Assembly: GCA_011109175.1 (NCBI GenBank)
Contig: RDEW01000061.1
Coordinates: 62,001-126,000 of the forward strand
Direction: 5' to 3'
DNA from: Dicyema japonicum
Taxonomy: Eukaryota > Animalia > Dicyemida
DNA length: 64,000 nt
Position numbers and translations under genes: made by a program. Every line of letters begins with the position of its first letter. Position 1 is the first letter of the stretch. The notes beneath the pieces are model-generated. The model did not search any database, had not been told where the DNA came from, and saw nothing but the letters and a program-made list of their open reading frames with translations. This document shows positions 34,977-47,608 of the stretch, piece after piece.

Positions 34977-37900
34977 ATCACAGTGATGAGAATGAAATGG
35001 TATTGGTCTCCGAGTGATTCGTATTTACGGATCTTCTTGACCTCCGCCTGGTCGGCTGCGTAGCCGTCAGCGATCTGGCCCCTGAGAAGGTGTCCACACA
35101 CGTTGCGTTCCAGATGAGTGATTTTCCATGGGAGTATGGGAATAACGTCATGCCATCCGGCGTTTTTCCGTCGCCTCTGTCTAACCCCAAAAGTTCCAAA
35201 TGGGCCGAAAATCCCGCGGCCTTAAGGGGACGAAAAATGATATCATTGAAAGCTGCGTGACGTGGGGCTTGACCAGCACTTCGTCGGCAAGAGAGTGGAT
35301 GTAAGCCTTTCGTATCAACGTATTCGCCGGAACGGCATTTGTGTCTCTGCCATATGCCCAGTCCTAGGCGCAGTGCCACCCCGATCCTTAGGCTGTTTTC
35401 GTCAGGAGGATCCCCAGATGTGGGCACGGTAGGGTTTCGAGCCAGACTCCATTTCTGCGATGTGCGGACGACTTAATGCTTGCTAGTCGGTGTTAATGCT
35501 TGCTAGTTGGTTGGCGCTTGTCTTCGCGGTTTCCAGAGTGCTCATACATGCAATTGAGTCCCAACTCTTCTGGCAAGCAAAGTTCGACGGGAATTCCAAG
35601 CCCAACTCTCCCCACAACTTGCAAACTCTATCAAGCTCCGAGTCCAAGGTATGTCCGGTTGCGTTACGTAGGACTGCTTGGACCAAGCGACTGCAGCTCG
35701 CAAGGGATGAAAAGTAGGCAGGCAGGACGGCCTCAAGGGGGATCTTAACCCAATGCCCCCATTTCTCGCAGGTAGTTTGCACTTTGTCCGTCCAGATCAT
35801 CGAATTTGACATTCAGTATTGACTCCGCCGAGCGTCTCAGAGTCCCATCAGCCGACAATAGTGCTCTCCGGTGTTCAAAACATAGTGAACATCTCAAATG
35901 TACATCATCTTCGACAAGGAATTACATTTCTTGAACAAGAAGAAAGACACGTGTGGATTGAAAGATGATACTCTCTTTGTAAAGGCTTCAACTTCATTAT
36001 CCTTACTGGTAAGGCAGTTTTCAAGCTCGTCGTTTCCGAGAGGGCAGCCGAAGAAGTGTGCCTTGTCCAAGGAGGATATGCTGAAACCTGAAAGTAGGGA
36101 TCTGAATTCTTTGCAGGCAGTAGAAAAGCTTGGAGATGAGCAAGAAATATCGATCAGTTCCGATTTCATAACATTGACACATAAACCCAATTCGTTTAGA
36201 GCTGGAATGGTTGAAGAAATATCCTGATATACAGTCTTTTATGGGCCAGCTATTGTGGCGTCGTTTAAGTACCACAGGTTGAGTTCGCTGTTTATGTTTC
36301 TTGCCACTGTGTCAATTGTCATTGCAAAAAGCAAAGGCCCTAGAGGGTCTCCCTGCTGAACGCCTGTGCGTAAATAAACGATATCGCTTCCGTAAACTAA
36401 GGCTGAGTCCGTCCCATATGATAAGTGTACTAGTCGGCCAATCTCTGGAGCTTTCTTCCAACAGGTTTCCAAAATACAGTCTCTCCTCAGCGAGTTGAAG
36501 GCATTTGATATATCAAGCTTCAGGCCTAGCCTTTTGGTCTGTGAATTATTGTTGTTGAAGTAACTCCTCACGGCGTGAACTGCTGCCTCGCAACCACCGG
36601 TCACTCCCACCTCAAGTTGAGTCGGGAACTGCTCTTCAGCAATATTGTGAGAGACTCAGGGCAGCGATTTTAGCAGCAAGCCTTCGAAAGTATGTACCGA
36701 TCGCAATTGGGCGGACACCTCTACTCCTTTTCGGAATGCCAATAGATGTCCACAAAAAAGAAGATCTCTAGCAAATTTTGGAATATCACCATTAACTATT
36801 CGAGTGAGTAGCAAGGTGATAGACGTTAACAAAGCACGGCCGGCTTCAGCAGTAGCTTCGGAGGTTAAGTCCTTTACATGGCTTGGGCGCAGTCCGTCCA
36901 GACCTCCGCAGCTACTGGGAGCAAAAGACTTTATTCCACACACTACTTCAAATTCCGTGGGAGTAAATGCCGGGAGGTCTTCTGGCATTGTCAAGTTCCG
37001 CTGGTTCGGTGGTGGAGCAGGGTGCTTCCTTCTCAGTAACTCCAAGACTTCTCGGCACGGCTTCAACAGTGATTCGTCACAAGACACTACTCTTACAGCT
37101 GCGCAAACGTCCCTTCCATCAGTTTTCGGTTCACTCTCTCTTGAAATGTTTTAGAATCTTCCTGTTTACACCCAGCTTCTGTAGACAACTGTTTACGCCG
37201 AAGTACTTGCTCAGGCTCGATTCCTGAGTCTTGCTGCGTTGAAGTGGCCAAAAAGGCAGAAGTATTCTTCTTTATTTTTGAGGCCAGTGATCCGTCGCAA
37301 GCTTGCTCTGAGGCAGAAATTCATAGGGTCATAGGTGCAAAGCTCAGTAGACGTATCCAAGAGGCCTGGTCGCTGGTACTGATGGCTTTATAAATTAATG
37401 ACGTGAGGCATTCAGCAGCGGGAATTCGAGCGGCCTTTGGTATCCTCAGTGGAATCCGTCTACCTTTCCGACTCTCCGGTAGGCGTAGCAAAAGGTTCGA
37501 TTTGTCCAGAATAAGAATAAGAGGGATGACTGAATTCAGCCGGATGACGGCACCGAGCGGGGTCGGCATCCATACAGTATGCGCAGTCCCATTTGTAAAG
37601 AGATCTCGCAGCCAATTTCGATATTCGGACACATCCGAGGTGGAAAAATCTCCCGCAAGATGTGCAATTCAACCTGTACTTCCTCGCGTTGCAACATCCA
37701 CAAGACACGCACTGCTCTTCTATCTCGCAAGAAAAAGTAGTATTTTTTCGAATGTAACGTGATCCATAGATGAACAGTGAACAAAGTCAGACTTGGCCTG
37801 ATTAGTTTTCTGCATGTTCTTTTCTGATTTTCCTTTCTTTTGAAATGTTGGACGCACTTTTTTTCACCCCATTGCTGTGGAGACAACTAGAACCGTGGGA

Positions 37901-38076
37901 GCGAAGACGGATGCTTTTCTCTCCAGCATTGGAAGCAAATTCGCCTTAGAAATGTGTGAGCCACAAGAGGGGCTCTGGTTGAGGCAGAGGCTCTTAATGG
38001 CGATTATCAAAGGCCTTCGCCATTCTGTAGTCCTAATTATTTATAATTTTAAAAATAAATTCTCTCTTTAAAAAAA
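34977..38076. mobile_element. CRE-like REL LINE subfamily C with inverted 5' segment (34977-37866 on minus, 37867-38076 on plus)
   Basis: 12-bp TSD aacttaataatc at 34965-34976 and 38077-38088; poly(A) before right TSD; minus part runs PHD-RT (GVQQGDPLGPLLF, WYLND)-REL up to DQYHF; plus part continues HPIAVET to the end. Confidence 0.85.
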
Positions 38077-38242
38077 AACTTAATAATCTGTACTGAAAAA
38101 ACAAGAAAAACAAAAAAAATAATTTTTAATGAAAAGTTTCTGCTTTTTGAATTTTTGTTAAATCAAATTGGATCTCTATTGAGAGTTTTGAAATCGATAA
38201 AACAATGAATTTTAAAATATAAAATTTTAATTAAAAAGCAAG

Positions 38243-39385
38243 TCAATCAAACTCGTCAGCATAAAAAAATATTTTATCTTTGATTCTTTTGCATCCAGTT
38301 TTAGAAAAAATAGGCAATGAAGGAGGATAGAAACTGATATCATCCATTACAGATTTGACAACTTCACTCTCTTTTCTGTGAGATAAAAGAACATCATTCA
38401 TTTCGATTTCTCGTCTGGCACATTTTTCCAACTGTATACGCTCTAATGGAAAAAATGGGACAAACTGATTAACTACAGCCTTTAAAATTAACAAGCTTTG
38501 ATAATATCCACCTAATTAAATATATTTAAGCCAACCTGGCTCGTTGTAAATCGTAGTTATTACAAAATCCTCGATGTCACGATATTTAATAGAATTTCTA
38601 TCGTAACCTAACTTATACAATTCAACAGTTTTGTTTAGAATAAAGGCAGAACCAGAATTACTTGAATTTAGATAAGGGATTTACCTCAAAAGCAAATATA
38701 TGGCTTTTCCATAGTCGACGTCGTTAACGACACCAATATGATCCATAAGTGGAGATATTGAATCCATCACGGCTGAAGGTATTCTCTCAATTTCATCGAA
38801 CACAAAGATTGAATAAGGACACTCTGTTAGATTACCAACAATCCAATTTAACAAATTTGACTACAAAATGAATTAAATTTATAACCTTGTGAGTCTCAAT
38901 CATAGAAATGTCGGAAAAATGCAAAGCGGGGACAAAAATATGAACATATTTACTTTCTTTCGAATTAATAACGAATTCTGTTAGTGCACGTGCCAAAAAA
39001 TTCTTTCCCGTTCCTGTTGGCCCATGGAAAGATAAAACTAACGGTTTCATTGAATTTTCATTGTTTAAATGAGCCTTCAATGACCTGTAAACTATATTTA
39101 CAGCTAAAGGTTGCCCGAAAATATTAGAATCCAAAAAATGTTTAAACCCTAAATCATTTTATAAGTTAAACCTTGCAAATTAGCTTCTTTCCACCCATTT
39201 TGACAAATTTCTAAACCAGTTAGCCATTTAGCATATTTTATGGCTCTATTCACGTTAATTTTTATATTATTATTATTAGGTGGATCGATCAAAGTGTATA
39301 TTCCAATACCTAAATATTGTTATATAACTATTGAACTAGTTAAAATTATAATGACAAAATTTATGCACGCCGAAAAGGATAACAT
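38243..39385 (-). CDS. TOR1: Torsin-family AAA+ ATPase
   Basis: N-terminal hydrophobic segment, NIFGQPLA, KPLVLSFHGPTGTGKNF (Walker A), SIFVFDEIER (Walker B), FVPFFPLE, FSKTGCK. Confidence 0.92.
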
Positions 39386-39453
39386 TTAAAAATATTTAAA
39401 AAATAATATAAAATGAATTTAATAATTAATTTAATGCAACATTGTACTAACTC

Positions 39454-39831
39454 CAAAGAATCAACTCGATATACCGGAAAACAATCAGTATGCTTTCCCC
39501 ACGTAATGGATCAACAGTCGACCCACTACTCATGGAAGCTAAGATCCGTAGTCGTGGCTCCGGATTTCTTCGCCTCTGTGAGGAAGATGGAAATCCGCTT
39601 CGCCTAATCCTTCCCATGGCAAGAGAAAACCGATTGGATAAGAAATTCCCCTCCCCGATTGGATTCCTCTGCAAGACCGAGAGAAGGCTCTTCCGGAAAT
39701 TAGTGGGGACGATGGAGGATCACAGACGTCGAATGGCACAAGTGATTGCGAGGACTGGGATCACCTAACTGTCTGACTCTTTTGTCTTTCTTTCTCGGTG
39801 TTCCCGGGGTTATTAAAATAAATAAAAATAA
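39454..39831 (+). mobile_element. Family X LINE, 5'-truncated, TSD-flanked
   Basis: 13-bp TSD attgtactaactc at 39441-39453 and 39832-39844; ORF end ...RMAQVIARTGIT*; A-rich tail. Confidence 0.88.
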
Positions 39832-39859
39832 ATTGTACTAACTCGGTAATTATCGTCGG

Positions 39860-40985
39860 TAATTATTTTCCTAAAGATGTATCCAAAGCAATATCAAATC
39901 AGAAAAAAACAAACTCATGTGGCCCGGACGGAATTCCTCTTATTCTGCTGAAACACTTGGGCCCAGCATAAATAACTGCATTGACAATCATCTACAACAC
40001 ATCGCTGAACATAAATACCATCCCGACTTTATGGAAACTATCAAAAATTCGTCCAATATTGAAGTCGGGAAGAACGAAGAACTATCCTGGCTTTTACAGA
40101 ACAGTCTCCCTTATATATGTTTTGTCGAGAATCCTGAAGAAACTGGTTCTAAAACTTATTTGCTTATCTTTCCCATAACCTACATTCCAGCATGTCTTCA
40201 AGGATGGATTATCAACAACATTTTTTCTAACAACTTTAATGAAGTTTGTATTTGATAGACATGAGAACAACCCAAAACAAGAAAAATCAATCTTATGTAC
40301 AATCGACAATCAAAAAGCATTCGACTCTGTCCCAAGGAAGTTCCTCAAACAAAAATTATTGCTGACAAAAATTCTTACACCACTAAAGTTATGGATACCA
40401 AACTTCTAAGTAGACGCCGAAGGAAAGTGTCCATCGGGAACAAGAGTTCCAGATCGAGATTGCTATCCAATGGTGTACCTCAGGGATTTCTTTTGTCACC
40501 AATCCTCTTTAATTTGTTTTTGAATAATCCCCCCGATCTTATGAATAATAATGACATGCTATCTTCTTATGCCGATGACATAGTTGTCGCATCTAGGGAC
40601 GTAAATGTCGAACATGCTAAAGAAAGACTAAAGGAATACTAAATAACATAATGGATGGTTGTGCGAAAATGTGCTGCATGGGGATCTAACCTGTCGGCAA
40701 CGAACCTAATAAAAATTCAAGAGATCCAGTCAAGAGCAATAAAATTACTGGAAAAATATACAGATAAAGAAATTGCCCCCAGAGCACTCGAGTCTATCAT
40801 AGAGGCAACTGGAGGCAATTTCAGAAGAGAAGGGGAAAAAGACCCCCGTCCGTATAGAAAATGTGTGGGATCACGGTCGGAGCATCGAGAAAAAATGGCC
40901 CGATTATTGAGAGATGCCGGGAACACCTGAATATTAATTAGTGGTTAAGACGGTGTTTCTTTGGCTTAAATAATAATAATAATAA
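39860..40985 (+). mobile_element. Family X LINE, RT to 3' end
   Basis: SCGPDGIP, YRTVSLI, NGVPQGFLLSPILFNLF, SYADD, KMARLLRDAGNT*, (TAA)n tail. Confidence 0.85.
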
Positions 40986-42669
40986 TCGTAATGTACGTTC
41001 CTGAACTTAACCTCTTGATGGCATAACACGCTAATTCTGCTTCTTTCCAAATCCCTTCATAAAATATTCTGTTTAGTGTTAGAAGAGATCCCTCTGATGT
41101 TGTAAGTTGCAATTGAAAACAGAGTAGAGTAGACAGACTGAGAATGTGATAAAGATAATGAAATTATTAGTGAGGAGTCAATCATTTCGATGAACTACGG
41201 AAGCGCAAGAGGAGGAAATTTGTATGGAGAAAACAGGTAGAACGGATAGCAAAGAGCACGGCTCGGGGGGGGGAACTGTAAGTTTTGACATGTTTATGAG
41301 TAACTAACTGTACTAGCTCCATTTCTGATATGGATCTGGGAATACTTTAACTAACTCTACTAGTTTTACTTCTGGTATGGATCTGAATTTTGGCTCCCAC
41401 ATGACCGACCACCATGGTCATTTTATCATCAAACCTTTTTCCGACCGGAACCATCAATTACTCGTGGGAACGCTTAGCACATTCAGTTTTATTTTTAATG
41501 GCAGTCGACCTCCTACTTGTTAATGAGGTAAAGGTAACTAAATAACTAACAAGCTCTGAAGCAACTCACTTGTTGTTTAAAACGATGCACAACTAGGTTT
41601 TTAATTCGAAACCTTAGAATCAAGCTTCCTTATCCCAGCAAGTTTGTGACCAAGTCTACTTCATAAATATGTACCTACATCATTTAAGAAGGATATCAAC
41701 TGTAATGACCCCAATCCAAAAGATCTCCTCTAGTTATCAATTTATTTTTCTGACTTCAAGGAAAACGAGTCCTCTCCGAACTTGAACATTTTGTCATAGT
41801 TAAAAACCGTAATCAACACACTAGATGTAGGACATGCTCAAGGGATCTCAATAAGACCCATGATTACTTGCTGTGTTCCTTTTCTCTCCCAGTATCGAAT
41901 TTTATATGTGATCTACCCCCAGATCAGAACCCGATCGTTATTGATTACTCTATTATTCATACGTACCACGGTCAAACTGTTTTTTAAACTACAAAAAAAC
42001 GAGATGGGATAATTTTAGATATATAACTGGAGTACCTTTAAAAGGCTTATTATTGATGATTTTACCTTTTAGGATAAACAAGTGAATTTATCTTAAAAAG
42101 ATTCATCCATGACTAAAACTCTTATTTTAACGGAGAAATCCTTATCTCATTAAAGAAAGAAGACACCTAAAAATTTAAGACTATCAATCATCAACTTTAT
42201 TGAATAAAAAATAAACTCGCTTATTTAAAAAATTAGAAAGAAAAAATTGTTTAACTTATTTTTTGTCTTAACCTCTTTCCAAATGCCACTATGATCCCGA
42301 TATTTTCCACATGAAAAATATTTGATCAAATGATCACCATGTTCTCAAAGCCATCTACATTTCTCAATACTCTATTTCCCACCTCTCTTATTTTGATCGG
42401 ATTTATTCCTCACCCTATGAAATAACTTTCCAGGTTTTTATTGACCAAACATACATTGTTTAGTCTTTTCCGTATTTATTGTTTAGTCTTTTCAAACAAA
42501 TCTAGTTATCCACTATCCTTTCTCTTACAAAAATTTCCTTTTCCGTAGACTGTGCCTGTTATATTTTTGTGTCTCTCTTTCGATAAGAAGTTCGTTAGAG
42601 ATCAATTCTCTCCTCCTCACTTTTCAATATTTACTTCAGCGACATGCCCACAACTCACAAAACTCTCTA

Positions 42670-43015
42670 TCGAGCCATGTTTCTGATATGCATGCGCCTC
42701 TAGGGGACCGTCCATATCTTGTACAAATATGAGGAAGATTAGGGAAATGCAAAAGAAGGCTTTCAGAGTAACGGTACATTGAGTTTGTTGAGGTCACCGA
42801 ACAGGACCGACGCCTCTGGAGACCATTATGAGATTAGATTTCAGAGTGCTGCCCCGTAAATTCAGTCAGTCGTTGCTGTACGATCATGCGCGGGCACGAG
42901 GGAGGAACACCCCGCAAAGATGAGATCACTGTTGGAACGCATCGAGATCACGCGATAATTAGTTTGGTTTTACCGTGGACTTGAGTTGTTAAATAAATAA
43001 AATAAATAATCTTAT
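42670..43015 (+). mobile_element. Family X LINE 3' fragment
   Basis: Homologous to 57640-57960 (reverse); ends KMRSLLERIEITR* then TAAA-rich tail. Confidence 0.8.
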
Positions 43016-43149
43016 GTTAATAATATCATCATTGCACCAAAGAGAAAAACATTCAAGTAGCTTCATTTAATGTTCAAAATCACCTAAATTTTATATTTGA
43101 CTGGATAGCTACAAACTGGATGTCTTTATTCCCACTTAGCCTTCAATAA

Positions 43150-43790
43150 CCTAATTTACCAAAGACTGAAAACAACTCAACTATACTACTGCACCATCCC
43201 TACACAATCGGTTTCAGTTTCTGACAGAAAATTCAACAATTCTCAAAAGATAAACGAATGCAGTAGTTGGCCAATCTAAATAATCTCTTATCCTTTTATA
43301 CGAGCCATTCTAAACTGAGCATTATGCTTATCACTCACCCACATAAAAAAGTCTCAGCTGAAGCAAACTAAGCTTAAAATATATTACAGAATGTTTAAAA
43401 TCTACCCTGCTGCACACTTTACTTCATCCATGACTTCATCTATTTATTCTCGACAATTTCGGCCTTTGTGGTGTTCATGGATAAAATTCGTCTGCATAGT
43501 TGACCCGTCTCTATTTTAAGCACCTGACGATGTGATTCTTTGTCGTTTGACAAAGTCTGCGTCATCAATGTACCTAATTTTCATAACCGCATAATTTTCT
43601 GAGCTCAAGCAAAGCCAATTTATATAATGGAGGAAAATAATGAGATATTAAATCTATCAGAACTTTACCCGCTGTTGTCACGATTTGCATTACGGAAGAC
43701 AAGTTTCATTGGCAAGCTAATTCTTCTCACCAGTCGTATAACCAGGAACATCATAGGGCTTTGTGATCAACCTAACCTCTTTTACCTTGG
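43150..43790 (-). mobile_element. Very decayed RTE-like RT fragment
   Basis: IRYIDDADFV and MNTTKAEI resemble VVYADDVDFI and VNRAKTEI of RTE. Confidence 0.4.
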
Positions 43791-43814
43791 AGACAAGTTA
43801 CCACAAGTGTTGAT

Positions 43815-44120
43815 TTAATTAAATTTGTTGAACCAGAAAACCACCGTCATAGTCAGAATGAAAAAATTCAGGTGATCCAAGCCTCCCTCAGCAGTCTTCG
43901 CATTTTCGGACTTGAAGGAGTTGTCGTCCAGGGGAACTCCTTTGGATGGTTTTTGACAAGTGGTCCTTTTTGGATATAATTTAGGATTATTTCTGGCGCC
44001 ACCAGAGATGGTGAACCACATGACACACGTTAACAATTCCAGCTCCCTGGAGCCAAAAGGGAAAAGGAGGAACAGAAGAATCAAAAAAATCTTCAATTCA
44101 AGTAGCCACATAGCACCACA
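43815..44120 (-). mobile_element. LINE 3' fragment
   Basis: KMRRLLREAWIT* terminus of family X; 43980-44115 homologous to 2065-2210. Confidence 0.55.
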
Positions 44121-44479
44121 CTAGGAAATTTTTATTATTAAAAACATTTTCACAGAACCAAAGAACGTAATATTACTATGGTCCCGTTTGTACCACATGT
44201 TTCGAAATTTGCTTCACTAGGCGTCTCTATCGCCCTCTGCTCTGCGCATCTGTCCGTAGATCTTCTAGGTCTTTTGCAGATTTAAGTTTTCTTCCATTTC
44301 AACGTGGCAATATCAAGTTAATTATTGAAGACTAATACTTTTATTAATTAACCCCCATTTGTGTTTCAATTGTTATTTTTAATTATTATTTTATTAATTT
44401 TTTAGAATAAGATTTTCTGGTGATGTATATAAAATATTTAATTTAGTTGCATAGTAGCTTAATATTTCTGTTACCTCAA

Positions 44480-45209
44480 ATGTCAGAAAAAATAAGAGAT
44501 CTGAAACGCAAAATAGAAGAGGAAGAAGAAATGAAGTCATTAAGATATTTAAAAATTTAGAAAACTTATAAACGATTCAGTGGAAGAACTTAAAATGAAA
44601 ATAAATAAAATGCAGCAAGAATTAGATTCAGATGATGAAGCTGGTTTTTCCTAAAAATTAAAGAAAACAAATGGAAATCAATGTACGAGGCACAGCAAGA
44701 AACAAACAAACAGTTGAAAAATCAAATTGCTCATTTGCACAATCGGATTGCTGAAGCGAGAGCAATGTCAAAAGATGGTTTATTAATAAACCACAATTTT
44801 AGGCAATAAACTTAACAAATTGGATGACAACGGAGAAGTAAAGTTGATATAACTTAGCAGGTGACTCCATATATGATAAAAGTTCTTCAAAGAGAAAGAA
44901 ATAATTTGAAATCTCAGTTAAAAGATTTGGAATGGAGACTTGACCAGGAATCTAAAGTAACAGTGCACAATTTACAACTTTTCATATTAAATTTAAACTT
45001 ATTTAGGCATACTATAAATCATTGGAAGAGAGAAAAAATATGAGACTGAAATAAATTCAGCTAAGCGTGAAATAAAAGCAATAAAACAACGTGTCGTGAA
45101 AACCCTGAGTGCCATTGATGAAGAGCACGTGTATTCTATTTATATATTTAAAGTAAAAAGGAAAAATATGCCTAAGAGACAATATCTTAATTTAAAAAAT
45201 AGATATTAA
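44480..45209 (+). CDS. CCDC169: Coiled-coil domain-containing protein 169-like
   Basis: Spliced product has ENKWKSMYEAQQETNKQL and DLEWRLDQESKAYYKSLEERKKYETEI, matching the CCDC169 signature as recalled; introns 20-50 nt; last exon uncertain. Confidence 0.75.
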
Positions 45210-45524
45210 TAACAAATTTTAACTTTATGAATTAATTTTATTAGATATATCAAGATTAGCTATTGATTAATTGATCGAAAAGTTGAGCATCTAACACAGC
45301 TCTATTGTAAACAATCTATTTATAGTCTCGTGGCTTATGTAATCCTTCCGTCCAATTGTTTGATGTTCATAAACTAGTAATCTAGAGATGTCGAGTGCAC
45401 AAACCTTGTTTGTTAGAATAAGGAACAGCTCAAATCAGAAGAAACTCAAATGAGATCGCCGCTCATAAAATTGAACGGAAAATGATTTAGTTATTAACTT
45501 TAAATTTTTTTTGAAACACAGCAC

Positions 45525-45715
45525 TTTTCATGAGAGCCGTACAGGCATTATAATAAAAAAAGTTATGATAACTAATCGCGGAAAGAGAACAAGAAATGTT
45601 CTTCACTTCTTTTTGTTCCTGTGGGTACTTTTAAAAGATCCGGTTCCCCAGCAAAGTATTCACTATGAGAATGTTCTTCGTCATACCCAAAGCATCGTAG
45701 ATGCGTTAAATGAGT
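45525..45715 (-). mobile_element. tRNA-derived SINE copy 3 (body and tail only, diverged)
   Basis: Reverse strand acgcatctacgatgc...agtgaatact...aagaagtgaaga...gattagtta...ggctctcatgaaaag aligns to the SINE body. Confidence 0.7.
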
Positions 45716-45792
45716 TCAATTAAATCTAAATGAGTTCTCTTAACGATAAAACTAAGATTATTTTTGAGTTCATTTGAATTTAATAAAAACTT

Positions 45793-46713
45793 TCAAAAAA
45801 TGATTATTTTATTCGATGAATTAATTGACGTCATTCTGCGGCTGATATCATCAATATTGTGGATAGCTTGTGTTCCCAACTAAATATAATTTAAATCAAA
45901 ACATTTTCGAAATCACTAAAGGGATTCTCTTTAAGTACGGTCTCATTAATTATGAAATTAGTACCAAACTATCGTTAATGAACAAACTTACTTGATGAAA
46001 AAAACGGTTTTCATTAATTCTAAAAATATTGTGGTCGATTCTGATAAACATTCTCATCAAAATGTAAAAACAGGAAGGCATAACACGCTAAAATATATTA
46101 AAAACAATACAATTCGTACATTGAACTTGGAACAACCATTATCAGCCAATTCATCTTCAAATAAGTCAATGTCGGAATAAAACAAAATCTTATCGTTCTT
46201 TTTCAAAATTTCATAGTCAATAGCATATTCTGTTTTCTCAACCTAATTTTAGACTTAAATATTTAAAAAATAAATTATAAAAGATATTTAGGTTATGGAT
46301 TACTACTTTGTACATTCCCGACAAAGTCCCACAATATAACGAAAAATATGTCCAATCAAATGGCTTTACTGAATCATTCTTCACAAATTCAAACCCAGAT
46401 CTAATTTTATCATTGATCACAAATTATAATGAAACCTTGATTTTTGCCACTCCTGAGAATAAGAAACTGTAAATTTGCTGAGGTTAGATTGATCGACTTC
46501 TTTGAGGGCATCCAATGCGTTAATGCTGATTTTAAAGTCTGATTTGGTATGCTCTAATAGAATTAAATTGTTTGCATATATCATTTCTGGAGGTTGTAAA
46601 ATCTCGATTTCTTTTTCAAAACTTTTATTTATATTTAATTTTGTTACTTTATCCTCTTTTCCCCAAAGATTCAAGAATCGAGTCTTTTCTTGAATAAAAT
46701 TTCCAATGGCCAT
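45793..46713 (-). CDS. TIPRL: TIP41-like PP2A regulator
   Basis: PEMIYANN, INALDAL, EWQKSR, KPFDWTY, LFEDELADNGCS, RIRVMPSCF. Confidence 0.93.
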
Positions 46714-46829
46714 TTGAATAGCTAACCTCTTGCATTGAAATTTAAAAATTTAAATTTATTTTAATAAAACAATAAATAAAATATTAATAATTTAATGAAT
46801 TTTTAGAAAACGGTTGTGTTTTTAATAAT

Positions 46830-47110
46830 CAGGTATACCCTACTTAGGAGGGTTAGACTCGCAAAAGTGGAACCTGCTTTCTCTGTGTTTACGAAAAAGA
46901 TGGAAATCTTTTTCGCCTTACTATAATTTATTTGAAGGAAAAACGACCAACTCAAAAATTCGGTTTCCTGATTGATTTCCTTTGAAAGTACGAGACTAGA
47001 CGTTTCCGATCTACAGTGAACACGATGCGGAAAGTAGACTGGGATCACCTAATAGTTTGATGTTTACATTGTCTTTTTTTCTCGGTGTCTTCGGAATTCC
47101 TTAAATAAAT
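46830..47110 (+). mobile_element. Family X LINE 3' fragment
   Basis: gactgggatcacctaa...tgtc...tctcggtgt terminus shared with 39755-39805. Confidence 0.65.
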
Positions 47111-47237
47111 TAAATACTCACTCCGTTAGAAATAACTCTTTTTTAAAATCAATTAAATTTAATTATTATAATCTAAATATATCCTCAATATTAACTATGT
47201 AATAAAAAAATTACATAATTTAAGTCGTGATTTAGAA

Positions 47238-47608
47238 ATGGACGTTGAGGAATCTAAATCTCCACCTTCAAAAGGCCGAATTACGCTTAAAAAGGCAACT
47301 ATTAATAAATTATGTTTAGTGGAATGCTAATGCTTTATGGTCTTGGGGTTAATTTATTAATTCTTAAATGTAGACAGTAGCATTGATAATTGCGCAATAT
47401 GTCGTTGTCATTTAATGGATAAGTGCTTAGACTGTCAGGCTTCGGAAGAAGTCAATTGTGAACTTTCCCGAGGAATTTGCAATGTTTAATTTTTAATTAC
47501 TTTATATAGCACGTTTTTCATTACCATTGTATTTCTCGATGGCTGGTTAATAGAAAAGTATGTCCTCTTGATAACTCTCGCTGGCAGTACATATCTCTAG
47601 ATAATTAG
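47238..47608 (+). CDS. RBX1: RING-box protein 1
   Basis: Spliced: [37 protein letters not shown]...[26 protein letters not shown]; introns of 25 (GC-AG), 26 and 26 nt. Confidence 0.95.

Noticed and set aside
41880-41950. Tc1/mariner DDE motif (LPPDQNPI similar to SPDLNPIE)
   Set aside because: Too short and unsupported by other transposase motifs or TIRs.
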